Of a stretch of DNA of 64,000 bases, positions 25,621-38,638 are shown piece after piece; position 1 is the stretch's first letter; the number at the start of each line of letters is the position of its first letter. The DNA comes from Octopus sinensis (Eukaryota). The stretch covers positions 23,932,001 through 23,996,000 of the forward strand of contig NC_042998.1 in assembly GCF_006345805.1 (NCBI RefSeq), in the 5' to 3' direction. Below the pieces are notes generated by a model. The model had not been told where the DNA came from. It made no database searches and saw nothing but the letters and a program-made list of their open reading frames with translations. A program made the position numbers and the translations under genes.

Positions 25621-25880
25621 TATATATATATGTATGTATGTATATGTATATGTATGTGTGTGTGTATGTTTGTGTGTCTGTGTTTGTCCCCCCAACATCG
25701 CTTGACAACCGATGCTGGTGTGTTTACGTCCCCGTAACTTAGCTGTTTGGCAAAAGAGACCTATAGAATAAGTACTAGGCTTACAAAGAATAAGTCCTGG
25801 GGGCGATTTGCTCGACTACAGGCAGTGCTCCAGTATGGCCATAGTCAAATGACTGAAACAAGTAAAAGAGTAAAAGAGTA
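25413..25880 (+). mobile_element. SINE-A
   Basis: Same consensus; interrupts the old duplicated segment. Confidence 0.9.
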
Positions 25881-26553
25881 TATTACTTGAACAAGTGGAG
25901 AAAAACTTCATGACAAAAAAGAAAAGAACCTGTGAAAGAATTATTTTGATCTCAGTGGATACCTTTACAGGTAAATAATAGGGTACACAATGGAAGTAAA
26001 GTCACTCCAATGAATGCTAATTTAGTCCCTATATCTACATATCAGCTTTCTTTGGTTTACCTGCATTTTGTATGTGACAATATATCGTTATATAATTGCG
26101 TGTTATATATAAACAAGGATTAAACTTGTTTCGTTTGGTTTGCATCAATATACCACATCATAATGATCTTAAATCAAGCGGGTTTACTCTTAAAAACACA
26201 TAAACTCAGTAAATTTTGAAACGCATTCTACAACATGTTAAAAAGTAGCAAAAAATAAAGAACCTTACAGACATATGTATTAATGGGTATCGAAATCTAA
26301 TATTGAAAATTTTTCTAATATAGAAAAAATTCATGACCTGAGAAGAATAGCAACCTGCAAAAGAATTATTTCGATTTCAGTAGCTACATTTATAAGTAAA
26401 TAATCAGGTGCACAATGGGAATAAAGTTGCTCCAACGAACGCTAATTTAGTCACGGTGTATTTACAAGTCAACAATATACAATCAATCCAGATCGGAAAT
26501 AATACTTATATGATTGCTTTATACTATATATATATATATATTATATATATATA

Positions 26554-26593
<40 letters not shown>

Positions 26594-26848
26594 TATATAT
26601 ACAGTCTCGATCAGCTTAATCTGTTTAAAAACTTGACTTTTCCGAAATACCATTTTTTTCCCTGCATTGTCCTGAGAATACATACAATCGATCAAATACG
26701 AATAAAGCGTGTTAATCAAGAACTACAAAACACCTCTTGGAATGCTCTAAATGAATAAATAAATTAAAAGGCCTCAAGTGTATTTTTAACTTCACTTTCT
26801 TTTCCTAGATTTTTATGTGTATGGGAGAAATTTTTCTGTCTGTACAAA

Positions 26849-26896
<48 letters not shown>

Positions 26897-26906
26897 ACAC
26901 ACACAG

Positions 26907-26942
<36 letters not shown>

Positions 26943-27112
26943 CTCATGCATGCACACGCACATAATCACGTATAAAAGGACAAAATAATTTAGAAATATT
27001 AAGGGAATAGATTGGAAGAAATCGTGTTGGAGAGTGAGTAAACGAGTGAGTATATGTGTGTGTGTGTGCATGCGTGTGTGTGTGTGTGTATGTATGTGTG
27101 TGTGTGTGTGTG

Positions 27113-27153
<41 letters not shown>

Positions 27154-27620
27154 CGCTTTAATAAGGTGAACTGTAGTCGAGAGTAAATAACGTTTTCTTT
27201 ATACTACATAGGTGATGGAAGATAATTATCTATATTGTGTAAATAATTTAAGGAGTTTATCATTGTGAATGCAAATTTACTTAGGGAACGCTGAGTTTTA
27301 TATCAACCGATTTGTTCATTAATTAACCTGAATAATTGAGCTGCATGTATCCATGCTTCTATAATCTGCGTAAGTATTTGTATCCCATCACACATACACT
27401 TATACATTTACATGTTTATAAAGTATGCCTATATTTTATACAACCTGTTATCTGAATATCTTTTACTTGTCATCTTCCAATTTTTTGAACTGAAGCCATT
27501 TTGGTGCATCTCCATAAAGGGTTTTAGTTCAACAAATGGACCCCAGTGCATATTTTATAAATTTAGTGCTTGTTCTATCAGCCGCATTTGGTGGAACGTT
27601 AAGTTATAAGGATGTATAGT

Positions 27621-28019
27621 GGCATAGGAGTGGCTGTGTGGTAAGTAGCTTGCTTGCCAACAACATGGTTCTGAGTTCAGTCCCACTGTGTGGCACCTTG
27701 GGCAAGCATCTTCTACTATAGCCTTGGGCCAACCAAAGCCTTGTGAGTGGATTTGGTAGATGGAAACTAAACGAAGCCCATCGTATATATGTATGTGTGT
27801 ATATATGTTTGTGTATCTGTGTTTATCCCTGCCAACATCGCTTGACAACTGATGCTGGTGTGTTTACTTCCCTGTAACTTAGTGGTTCACCAAAAAGAGC
27901 CCGATAGAATAAGTACTAGGCTTACAAAGAATAAGTCCTGGGGTCGATTTGCTTGACTCAAGGCAGTGCTCCAGCATGGCTACAGTCAAATGACTGAAAC
28001 AAGTAAAAGAGTAAAAGAG
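27621..28019 (+). mobile_element. SINE-A
   Basis: Same consensus. Confidence 0.9.
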
Positions 28020-28039
28020 CATTCGTCAAAGGAACCAAT

Positions 28040-28632
28040 TTAATAATGAAATTATTGTATACAGTGCTCAGGTGCACCACAACTTGTCAAAAGTGTGTAT
28101 AAAGCATATGCAGTAATGTACAAATGTCTGGGAAGTGAACAGTGTATGAGGCAGATACATGCTTGCGTGTGTATGGAGGGGAAAAATCAGGTGTAGTGTT
28201 GGTGAATCTCAGGAAGCATGGAAATTTTGAAGGATGCAGTGCTCCGACAACTAACAACTGATGCCGGCAGTTTGTTCCATGCTTCAGCAACTCTTAGTGT
28301 GAAAAAATGTTTCCGAAAGTCATGGGAGCTGTGCTGTTTTCTGACTTTGTAAACATCTCCACGGGTGTTAGACAGGTGGAGTTTGAAAAGGTGCTCAGAG
28401 TTATTGTTAGTAAGATTGTTAATAATTTTATGGGTGTCTGCAAGTTAGCTGCCAGACGTCGGAGTTTCAATGTGTCCATGCCCAGGGAAGTAAGGCGTTC
28501 AGAATATGGCAAATGCCTGATGGAGGGTATTCTCTTGGTTGCATGTCGTTGAATGGTTTCCAGACGATTAATATCCTGGGCAAGATAGGGGTTCCAGACT
28601 GGTGATGCAAATTTCAGTTGAGGTTGCACCAT
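28040..28632 (-). mobile_element. 5'-truncated CR1/Jockey-group LINE
   Basis: FASPVWNPYLAQDINRLETIQRHATKRIP...YSERLTSLGMDTLKLRRL, then RVAEAWNKLPASVV; (ATT)n tail. Confidence 0.9.
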
Positions 28633-29123
28633 AGCTATATAAAGCCCCAGATAGCCAGAGAGCGGCTCACAAAGGAGAGTACAACTATGAAAATGATATA
28701 CCTCTACTTATGAGAAACGAGGCGTGTGAGATGGAGTGGCTACTGCAGCGAGTGTCATTGGGTCATTCTCCACGGCAACGCCATTGCAGTACTGCAATCG
28801 TGTTGCAACGCCATCATGTTAATGCCATCAAGACAGTGCCATCTTTGCAACGCCGTTGTGGCATTACCATTGCATTCATGATTGCGGGGCAAGGCTGAGC
28901 ATGCCTTTTTTTTCTGGGGTGTGTAATTCATTACCTCCGCTCCCCTACCTGCTGCTGCTTAACCTACCCCTTTTACTTTTCTCTTTCTGTTTCTTTGTTT
29001 CTTTGAATTTAAATGCTATTAATAAACTGGTGTTTTATCTCAAAATAAATAAATAAATAAATAAAATGCCTTGCTTTTAATACAGTCATATTGCAGGCTT
29101 AGGAATTGGATAAGCATAAATCT

Positions 29124-29700
29124 ACAAGGTACATCATCATCATCATCGTTTAACGTCCGCTTTCCCTGCTAGCATGGGTTGGACGGTTTGACTGAGGGCT
29201 GGTGAACCAGATGGATGCACTAGGCTCCAATCTGATCTGGCAGAGATTCTACAGCTGGATGCCGTTCCTAATACCAACCACTCCGAGAGTATAGTGGGTG
29301 CTTTTATGTGCCACCGGCACAAGGGCACAAGGGCCAGTAAGGCGGCGAGCTGGCAGAAACGTTAGCACGCCGGGCGAAATGCTTAGCGGTATTTCGTCTG
29401 CGTTACGTTGCGAGTTCAAATTCCGCCGAGGTCGACTTTGCCTTTCATCCTTTCGAGGTCGATAAATTAAGTACCAGTTACGCACTGGGGTCGATGTAAT
29501 CGACTTAATACCTATGTCTGTCCTTGTTTGTCCCCTCTGTGTTTAGCCCCTTGTGGGTAATAAAGAAACAGGTACTGGCAACGACCACGCTCAGATGGTG
29601 TTTTTTACTTGCCACCTGCACAGGAGCCAGTCCAGCAGCATTGGCAACGACCTTGCTCGAATGTTTTTTCAGGTGCCACCGGTACAAGTGCCAGTAAGGC
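29124..29700 (-). mobile_element. RTE tail and 3' UTR interrupted by a plus-strand SINE-B (29339-29577)
   Basis: CATCATCATCGTTTAACGTCCG tail; UTR modules resume after the SINE-B. Confidence 0.85.
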
Positions 29701-31208
29701 TTTTACAAATAATATAAAGTCCAAAACAAGCCCAACTATCACAATTTGTTTGCACAACCTTACGAAAATTTGTTTACAGTACGTCAGCGGTTATGTGGGG
29801 AAGGTTACATTATCTAATTTAACCTCTTTTCTAGTATACATAACCCACACCTAATATGTGTCTCAGCACTGATGTGCATCATAGAAATACGAGTTTTAAC
29901 GTCCCACATGACGATTCTCTTGACTAAAATATAAGATACATCTTTTGTTTTAGATTAATTCTACAGTTGATCTAGAAATAAAAGGAAAAACAGAGAGAAC
30001 AAAAAATAAATGAAACTGAAATATGGTTCTCGTATAAGGTAGTTTATTGATGATAAATTTTGGGGTTCATACTTTATTCCACTGTACTGTCACAACATCA
30101 TATTTACATGCATAGAACCATACATGTTTTCCCTACAAAACCTCTTTAAAATACCTTTAAAGTGTCTAAAGATTGAAGAAGTGTTCCGCAGCAAATGCTC
30201 TCAACATGAGAATATTCCGTGCAAATAGAAATTTATAAAATAAATAAATACACAGTGAACAACAGAATACATAAATATATATTTGATATCTTTAGTAAAA
30301 TGGCGGCTACATAACAGAATAATCAGCCCTGGAACTGCCACATTCACATACGTCTTATTTTGTTTAAAAGAGCATTTCAAACACACAGCTATCTGCAAAA
30401 GACAAAACCATCTCCAAGTCACTACGATAAGATAAAATCTGATAGTTGTGTCACATCTGTGTAGAAGATATTATCTACACCATCATTGGTTTCTCAAAAA
30501 TGTTCGATTAAATATCTGCTTTCCTTCGGGCTTAATCTCCTGACATAGCAATTTATGATGTTAACTGTTGGAAAGTTTCTAGTGATAATAATTTTAAAAC
30601 AGAAATAATCCATATCACACGTGAAATATATTTAAACAGTCCAAGAAAAACACAATAAACCAAATAATATTTATTATTTTAGACAGGCAGGAGATTGTAT
30701 ATGCTGCTGTAAAAATGATTGTAACTCAACAAATATGAATAGGTGCAGATGAAGAGAATATCAAAAGTAATTTGTGCCTTTCTCTACATGAGAGAATTTG
30801 CACATTTTTGGTAGAATTAACCATTGGCAATTTTTGTTATGGAAGACCAGATGTGTAAAAAAAAACAGAAAGCAAAACTCTACTTTAGAAAGAAGATGCT
30901 CACAAGATTTTTTTACTGAAGAAAAATTGCCCTTGAGATAATTCCTCTTTAACCTTTTTGATACCAACCCACCTGAGACTGCTTTAGGGCCTATGAAAGA
31001 AAATTTCCTGTTTTAAAGGGGTCTAAATTAAAACCTTTCATAAAAATTTCATGTTGATTACAGTTATTGCTAAATTCTTCATTATTTTTAAAATGAATTA
31101 AAGCAAAGATAGTGTTTCAATAGGAATATGGTAAAAAAAAAAATAAATGTTGGTGGGGGTGGTGATGATAAAGAAAGATCTTAAACTACATATTATTTAT
31201 TGTTTCAA

Positions 31209-31610
31209 AGGTGGTGAGCTGGCAGAATCGTTAGCACACCAGGCAAAATGCTTAGCAGTATTTTGTCTGCCGCTACGTTCTGAGTTCAAATTCCGCTGAG
31301 GTCGACTTTGCCTTTCATCCTTTCGGGGTCGATTAAATAAGTACCAGTTACGCACTGAGGTCGATGTAATCGACTGAATCCGTTTGTCTGTCCTTGTTTG
31401 TCCTCTCTGTGTTTAGCCCCTTGTGGGTAGTAAAGAAATAGGTATTTTGTCCGTCTTTATGCTCTGAGTTCAAATTCTGCTGAGGTCCACTTTGCCTTTC
31501 CTCCTTTCAGGGTCGATAAATTAAGTACCAGTTGCATAAAGGGGTTGATCTAATTGACTGGTCCCCTCCACTAAAATTTCAGGCCTTGTGCCTATAGTAG
31601 AAAGGATTAT
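31209..31610 (+). mobile_element. SINE-B, dimeric
   Basis: Head-body-tail 1, then a second body with tail 2. Confidence 0.9.
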
Positions 31611-31659
31611 TTATAGTTTCAGCAGAACGAAGTTCTATTATTTGCCATTCATAAAATAG

Positions 31660-31833
31660 GCATAGGAGTGGCTGTGTGGTAAGTAGCTTGCTTACCAACC
31701 ACATGGTTCTGGGTTCAGTCCCACTGCGTAGCACCTTGAGCAAGTGTCTTCTACTATAGCCTTGGGCCGACCAAAGCCTTGTGAATGGATTTGGTTGACG
31801 GAAACTGAAAGAAGCCCATCGTATATATGTATA

Positions 31834-31871
<38 letters not shown>

Positions 31872-32078
31872 TGTGTCAGTGTTTGTCCCCTCATCATCGC
31901 TTGACAACCGATTCTGGTGTGGGTATATCCCCGTAACCTAGCAGTTCAGCAAAAGAAACCGATAGAATAAGTAGTAGGCTTAGAAAGAATTAGTCCTGGG
32001 GTTGATTTACTCGACTAAAGGCAGTGCTCCAGCATGGCCACAGTCAAATGACTGAAACAAGTAAAAGTGTAAAAGAGA
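31660..32078 (+). mobile_element. SINE-A
   Basis: Same consensus. Confidence 0.9.
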
Positions 32079-32500
32079 CTCGAAGTAAAAGGAAATTATT
32101 TGCACATATTTAGCAAAAATAAATATGTAGTTTGTTTTCTTTTTAGAAAAATAATTAACTTTTTCCTGTCAAGAATTCAAATAAAAATCAGCAGCTATTG
32201 AATTTAAAAAAAAATCAAATTCAGAAAAAATTATTAAAAAAGAATTACAAAAAAAAAAAAAACACAAAATAATCGTTTCTTAAAATAACAAAAACTCCTC
32301 TCAAAAGCAACAACTTTTACTTTGAAACAAACAAAAATTCAAAAATTAGCTTTAATATCAAAATATAAAAGAAAATCTTTTCTCCCTTAGGCATAAAATG
32401 CCAAAATTCGTCGCAACCCTCGTAAAATCTTTAAAAAAAAACATTAATAAAAAAAACCATAATAAATAATATAAATTTATTACGAACAGAAAAAATATCT

Positions 32501-32900
32501 TTATTGAGAAGGACGTGCTTGTTCAGTTTTACACAAATGAGATCTTGGTTTAAAATTTGTTAATGCTTGTCTTAAGGCAATTTCATTAATACCAGAGCAA
32601 TTTCTGTTTTGTTTTCTTTAAATTCCAGTCAACACCGAAAAATGCAGATTCGCACAAAAACATTATGACAAATGGTAAGAAAGGTTTCGTTGCCTAATTT
32701 GTTCAATATAGGAAATTATGCAGAAACACCGAGCCTAAAACACATGTAAGGTTTTCATTGAAAATTTATGCCTGAGAATCGAATCACTTCAAATTTCTGC
32801 CCATTCTTCCTGAACTTTTATCAAACAGTAGATGTCTTACACGCTGTGTTTCAACTGTGTTTTGAATCCGATCCAGCTGGTTATTATATAATTCTGATAA
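32501..32900 (-). pseudogene. hAT (Buster/Charlie type) transposase C-terminal relic
   Basis: FLPFVIMFLCESAF then, after a frameshift, SVLTGI*RKQNRN...LRQALTNFKPRSHLCKTEQARPSQ*, matching the hAT dimerisation domain and Q.HPSH* ending. Confidence 0.8.
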
Positions 32901-32925
32901 AAACTATTTCTGGAAATTAACACAT

Positions 32926-33330
32926 AGGCGCAGGAGTGGCTGTGTGGTAAGTAGCTTGCTAACCAACCACATGCTTCCGGGTTCAGTCCCACTGCGTGGC
33001 ATCTTGGGCAAGTGTCTTCTGCTATAGCCCCAAGCAGACCAATGCCTTGTGAGTGGATTTGGTAGACGGAAACTGAAAGAAGCCCATCGTATATATGTAT
33101 ATATATATGTGTGTGTGTATTTGTGTGTCTGTGTTTGTCCCCCTAGCATTGCTTGACAACTGATGCTGGTGTGTTTACGTCCCCGTCACTTAGCGGTTCG
33201 GCAAAAAGAGACCGATAGAATAAGTACTGGGCTTACAAAGAATAAGTCCCGGGGGTCGATTTGCTCGACTAAAGGCGGTGCTCCAGCATGGCCGCAGTCA
33301 AATGACTGAAACAAGTAAAAGAAAGAAAAG
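32926..33330 (+). mobile_element. SINE-A, near consensus
   Basis: Same consensus. Confidence 0.92.
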
Positions 33331-33817
33331 AGAGAAAGAGACATAAAGTGCAATGGACCATGGTTGTGGCCGTCAAGCACAAGTCGACAAACCACATTCG
33401 TGGCCCAGATAGATGCATTTAATTTATGGACATTTGTTAGGGTTTAATATCACCCAAACGCTATTCCTTTTGAAACACTATCTTTGCTTTAATTCATTTC
33501 GAAAATAATGAAGAACTTAGCAATAACTGTAATTATTCAGTTGGTGTTTAGAGCATAAATCAACATGAAATTTTTATGAAAGGTTTTAATTTAGACCCCT
33601 TTAAAACAGGAAATTTTCTTTCATAGGCCCTAAATTCAAGAGGACTAACAGTTCAACTAATGACTTTTCAGATGATGTAAAACTTAACCCCATTATATAC
33701 TAAGAAGATATTTTAACTATTTTTTTGTTTTTTATGTGTGCATGGTAATCTCATCTTCATAAAATGTGCTCAGCTGTCGATGCTGTCTAAGTGCAAATCC
33801 CAGCGTTTTATGGGTTA

Positions 33818-34030
33818 AGGCAGCGAGCTGGCAGGAAAGTTAGCCCGTCGGGTAAAATGCTTAGCGGCAATTCGTCTGTCTTTACGTTCTGAGTTCAAAT
33901 GCTATGAGTGTCAACTTTGCCTTTCATTCTTTCGGGGTTGATACAATAAGTATCAGTTGAAGACTGGGGTTGATACAATCGACTTACCCACTGCCCTGTA
34001 ATTGCTGGTTTTCTACCAAAATTTGAAATC
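33818..34030 (+). mobile_element. SINE-B, diverged
   Basis: Same consensus as 24388-24620. Confidence 0.75.
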
Positions 34031-34139
34031 AATATTTCTGGAAATTGCTTTCTGGACTCTCCTAATTATGAGTCATAACTTTTTTGATCAAATTAAAATT
34101 CAGCGCACTTTCAAAAATAAAATCATTTGCTTATCTTTT

Positions 34140-34520
34140 TTTTTTTTGTTTCAGTCATCATATTGTGGCCATGCTGGAGCACTGCTTTGGAGAATCTTTG
34201 ATAAAACGAATTGACCCTGGTACTTATTTTTCATTTCTTAAACTTGGTACTTACTCTATCAGTCTCTTTTGCCACACTGCTAAGTTACGGAGACATAAGT
34301 ACACCAGCACCAATTGTGTGGAACACACACACACACACACACATACACATATATACAACAAACTTCTTTCGGTTTCCGTCTGTCGAATCCATTCACAAGG
34401 TTTTCGTTGGCCCAACACTATAACAGAAGACACTTGCCCAAGGTGCCTCGCAGTGGGACTGAACCCAGGATCATGTAGTTGAGAAGCAAACTTCTTATCG
34501 CACAGTCACGCCTGCACTTG
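34140..34520 (-). mobile_element. SINE-A
   Basis: Same consensus, reverse. Confidence 0.85.
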
Positions 34521-34524
34521 ACAT

Positions 34525-34660
34525 CTTTAATTTATTGTTTTTATTTTGCATTTCTGTGCGTTTAATTCATTTTAAAATGAAAGCTTGAATTTTTGATCTA
34601 AATAGGAAAATACTGGTGTTCTCTCCGGGTAAAGATGTAAATATTTCAAGTTTTCCCAAA
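34525..34660 (-). pseudogene. hAT transposase middle relic
   Basis: FLGKLEIFTSLPGENTSIFLFRSKIQAFILK resembles Buster IF.KLN.LNLSLQG.NT.IF....KI.AF. Confidence 0.6.
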
Positions 34661-34665
34661 AACAC

Positions 34666-35240
<575 letters not shown>

Positions 35241-35269
35241 AACGAGTAAAAGAGTAAAAAAATACAATT

Positions 35270-35765
35270 TGCATAACCAATTTTCTTTGATGAATAAATT
35301 AGCCAAATCTGAACGTTGTCCCGACTTCATTTTTTATACATTCTAACTGCCATTTTCAAAGCTCATCCATTTGAGAGACATCAAATGGTTGCTGGAATTA
35401 GATTCCATTTCGTCGCAGAGATTTGCGAAGGGGCAACTGAACAATAAACGTTATCTTAATCCCTACTGATAATCCCCATTACTGCATATCCTCCCATCCG
35501 TTTCGGGGTGGAGTGCGGTGGACACAAGGAAATATGCAGCTTCAAAAAATATCCTTGAATATTTCACTCCTTCATTATTTCTGTAGCGTGAATATGATTC
35601 TCAAGAGATTACTTTTTTACTGAAAAAAAATTTCAACAGTCTCTCAAATAATTCTTCAGACTTCCTGCTACATTAGGTATGTCTTGAATCGACGTCTTTT
35701 TAATTTGGTAGGCTTCACACTTTCAGTGGCCAAATTAATTATTATCCTTCATTATTTTTCACTGT
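35270..35765 (-). pseudogene. hAT transposase N-terminal relic
   Basis: LATESVKPTKLKRR (Buster/ZBED5-type L.NESMKPSKLKRH BED-finger motif), FEAAYFLVS and SDLANL in broken frames. Confidence 0.7.
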
Positions 35766-35780
35766 AAGAGCAAATCCATA

Positions 35781-36166
35781 TCTCTCTCTATATAAACGGA
35801 AGTTTGTCTGTGCGTGTTTCTGTGTGTCTGTTTGCTTGTACCCTCACTCTGACCACGGCTTTCAACCGATTCTGATGAAACTTGACACACACATAGCCCA
35901 ATGTCATAATTCAAAACTAACGCAGCGAAAATTTTGAAAAGTTCCCCCAGTTCTGAAAAAAATCGATAAATTCGACATGGGGTCGAGAATCAAAAAAAAT
36001 AAACCACAGACTGTCTAGGGGACGCAACTCAACCTTTTTTTACTCTCAAAAAAAATTTACCATAATTTTTTTTCTATTTTTTTGCTATTTTTTGGCTATA
36101 ACTCTCTAAAAATGCTTTATAGTTATTTCCCTTACAAACCTGAGCAACGCCGGGCGATACTGCTAG
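35781..36166 (+). mobile_element. Non-autonomous Helitron
   Basis: A|TC 5' end; 3' hairpin CCTGAGCAACGCCGGG then CTAG|T; no target duplication. Confidence 0.85.
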
Positions 36167-37120
36167 TTATAAATAAGATTCATTATGTTTCTTCGTTTTT
36201 GTTTACAATTGCTTCGTACTCACTAAGTTATTTTGTGAACTTGTGATATTCCTTGAGGCTGTTGCACTTCAGTTATATCATCAACAATATTTTCATGGTT
36301 TGATGCTTTAATAAATTCATTCATTTCGTAGCTATTATGTTAAACTGTCGTGGCTTTTGCAAGCAAAAATAAATATTGAAAAAAAAAACACATTTGGCCA
36401 AATTTGAACATACGACAGTTTAACATAATAGCTACGAAATGAATGAATTTATTAAAGCATCAAACCATGAAAATATTCATGATGATATAACTGAAGTGCA
36501 ACAGCCTCAAGGAATATCACAAATTCACAAAATAACTTTGTGAGTACGAAGCAATTGTAAACAAAAACGAAGTAATATAATGAATCTTATTTATAAGCTG
36601 CTTCAGATACCAAAAATATAAAAAATTGTCAAAGTGTAGTACAACGGTTTTGCTATGGAATGGTGAAACTATTTTTTCGTTTTCTGAAAAAGCAACATTT
36701 TGGACTTACAACACTTTTGCAAAATAACGATATATATATATTTATATTTATATATATATATTTTTTTTGTTATTATGTTAAATTGTTGTATGTTCAAATT
36801 TGGCCAAATGTGTTTTTTTCAATATTTATTTTTAGTCAAACTATCGTATCTCCAGCTGCTTCAGATACTGAGTTATCAAAAATTGTCCAAGTGTAGTACA
36901 ACAGTTTTGCTACGGAATGGTGAAACTATTTTTTCATCTTCTGCAAAAGTAACATTTTGGACTTACAACACTTTTGCATAATAACAAGAGTTTGTACATG
37001 GGTAAAATATTTTGTCATTCACACACTTGGAAAATGAAAATTACGGCAATATTCTTTGATTTGGCCACAACGAAGACCTCACTCAGCAAAGAAACTGATT
37101 TTTGGATAGTCACAGTTCGA
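36167..37120 (-). pseudogene. Rearranged L1/Tx1-like LINE 3' relic
   Basis: IFQV..NILPMYKLLLLCKSVVSPKCYFC resembles the zf-RVT region; internal direct duplication and inversion. Confidence 0.45.
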
Positions 37121-37129
37121 AGCTATCAT

Positions 37130-37545
37130 TTTGGGGGGGGAGGGAAACCAGTCGATTAGATCGACCTCAGTATGCAACTAGTACTTAATTTATCGACCCT
37201 GAAAGGATCAAAGGCAAAGTGGACCTTGGTGGAGCTTGAACTCAGAACGTAACGACAGACGAAATACCTATTTCTTTACTACCAACAAGGGTCTAAACAC
37301 AGAGGAGACAAACAAGGACAGACAAACGGATTAAGTCAATTACATCGACCCCAGCGCGTAACTGGTACTTATTTAATCGACCCCGAAAGGATGCAAGGCA
37401 AAGTCGATCTCGGCGGAATTTGAACTCAGAACGTAGCGGCAGATGAAATACCGCTTAGCATTTCTCCCAGCGTGCTAACATTTCTTATTTCTTTATTGAC
37501 CACAAGGGGCTGAACATAGAGGGGACAAACAAGGACAGACAAAGC
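37130..37545 (-). mobile_element. SINE-B, multimeric
   Basis: Two bodies and an extra tail 1 fragment. Confidence 0.85.
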
Positions 37546-37689
37546 GAGTTATGTTCTCTCAATTTAAAAACAAATATAAATTCACACCGTTATAGATAAT
37601 TTTATTGTTACAGGTTAAATTCGAAGCCAAATATGTTCCATTTAGAAATGGTGACTTATGGATTAATACAACTTTCATGAATAAAAATC

Positions 37690-38095
37690 ATTTTGTAGCT
37701 TTTATTTGTTTTAGTCAATTGACTGCAGCCATTCTGAAGCACTGCCTTGAAATTTTGTTTGAATGTATGTACCCCAGGAGTTATTTTTTTAAAGCCTGGT
37801 ATGTACTCTATCGGTATCTTTTGCCGAACTGCTAAGTTACGGGGACGTAAACACACCAATACTGGTTGTCAAGTGGTGGGGTGGGGTGGAGTGGGGGGAA
37901 TAACCACAGACACAAAGACACAAGTGCATAGATGCATATATACGACGGGCTTCTTTCAGTTTCCGCCTACCAAATCCACTCACAAGGATTTATCCGGCCC
38001 AAGGCTATAGCAGAACACATTTGTCGAAGGTGCCACACAGTGGGACTGAACCTGGAACCACGTGGTTGGGAAATAAACTTCTTACCACACTGTCA
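37690..38095 (-). mobile_element. SINE-A
   Basis: Same consensus, reverse. Confidence 0.85.
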
Positions 38096-38396
38096 TGTAC
38101 GTTTATTATTATTTAGTCTTGGATTACATTGCGCAAGCGCTTGAATATCATTTCACCTTTAGTTGTTGTGACTGGAAATCAGTAAGATTCGTTATCAATT
38201 CATTTAAATGCAAACCAATTTTTCAAGAATAGAGTAGTTATATACTGTCAACTTAATGTGACAGTCCCATGAAGGGAATCACGCCACTGCTATTTAGCCC
38301 TAGGAAGCATCAACACTTCCTGTCGGCCTTAACACATTTCCTGTGTCCTTATGTTTACAAGGGGGAGACAAGCAGCCCCACCCAGCTAAGCCTGCA

Positions 38397-38439
38397 CTCA
38401 GAGACTAGTTTCAGAGTCATTGCTCATCATCAGTCTGGA
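38397..38439 (-). ncRNA. Minimal hammerhead motif, left arm of inverted repeat
   Basis: Minus: TCCAGA CTGATGA T GAG caatga CTC T GAAA CTAG TC TCTGAG. Confidence 0.7.
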
Positions 38440-38596
38440 GTAGCATGGCTTGCTAGCTGCAGATGCTTGTCTAGGCCTCGTAAACATATATGAATTCTTG
38501 TGAAATAAATCCACTGATTACAAAAATAGAAATACTACATTTCTAAATATCTCAGAGAGATATAGACAAGCATCTCCAGCTAACAGGCCATGCTAC

Positions 38597-38638
38597 TCCA
38601 GACTGATGACGAGCAAGACTCAGAAACTAGTCTCTGGA
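38597..38638 (+). ncRNA. Minimal hammerhead motif, right arm of inverted repeat
   Basis: TCCAGA CTGATGA C GAG caaga CTC A GAAA CTAG TC TCTGGA: 6-bp stem I, palindromic ACTAGT stem III, GUC site. Confidence 0.8.

Noticed and set aside
35872-35885. CTGATGAAAC inside the Helitron
   Set aside because: No intervening stem II; chance motif.
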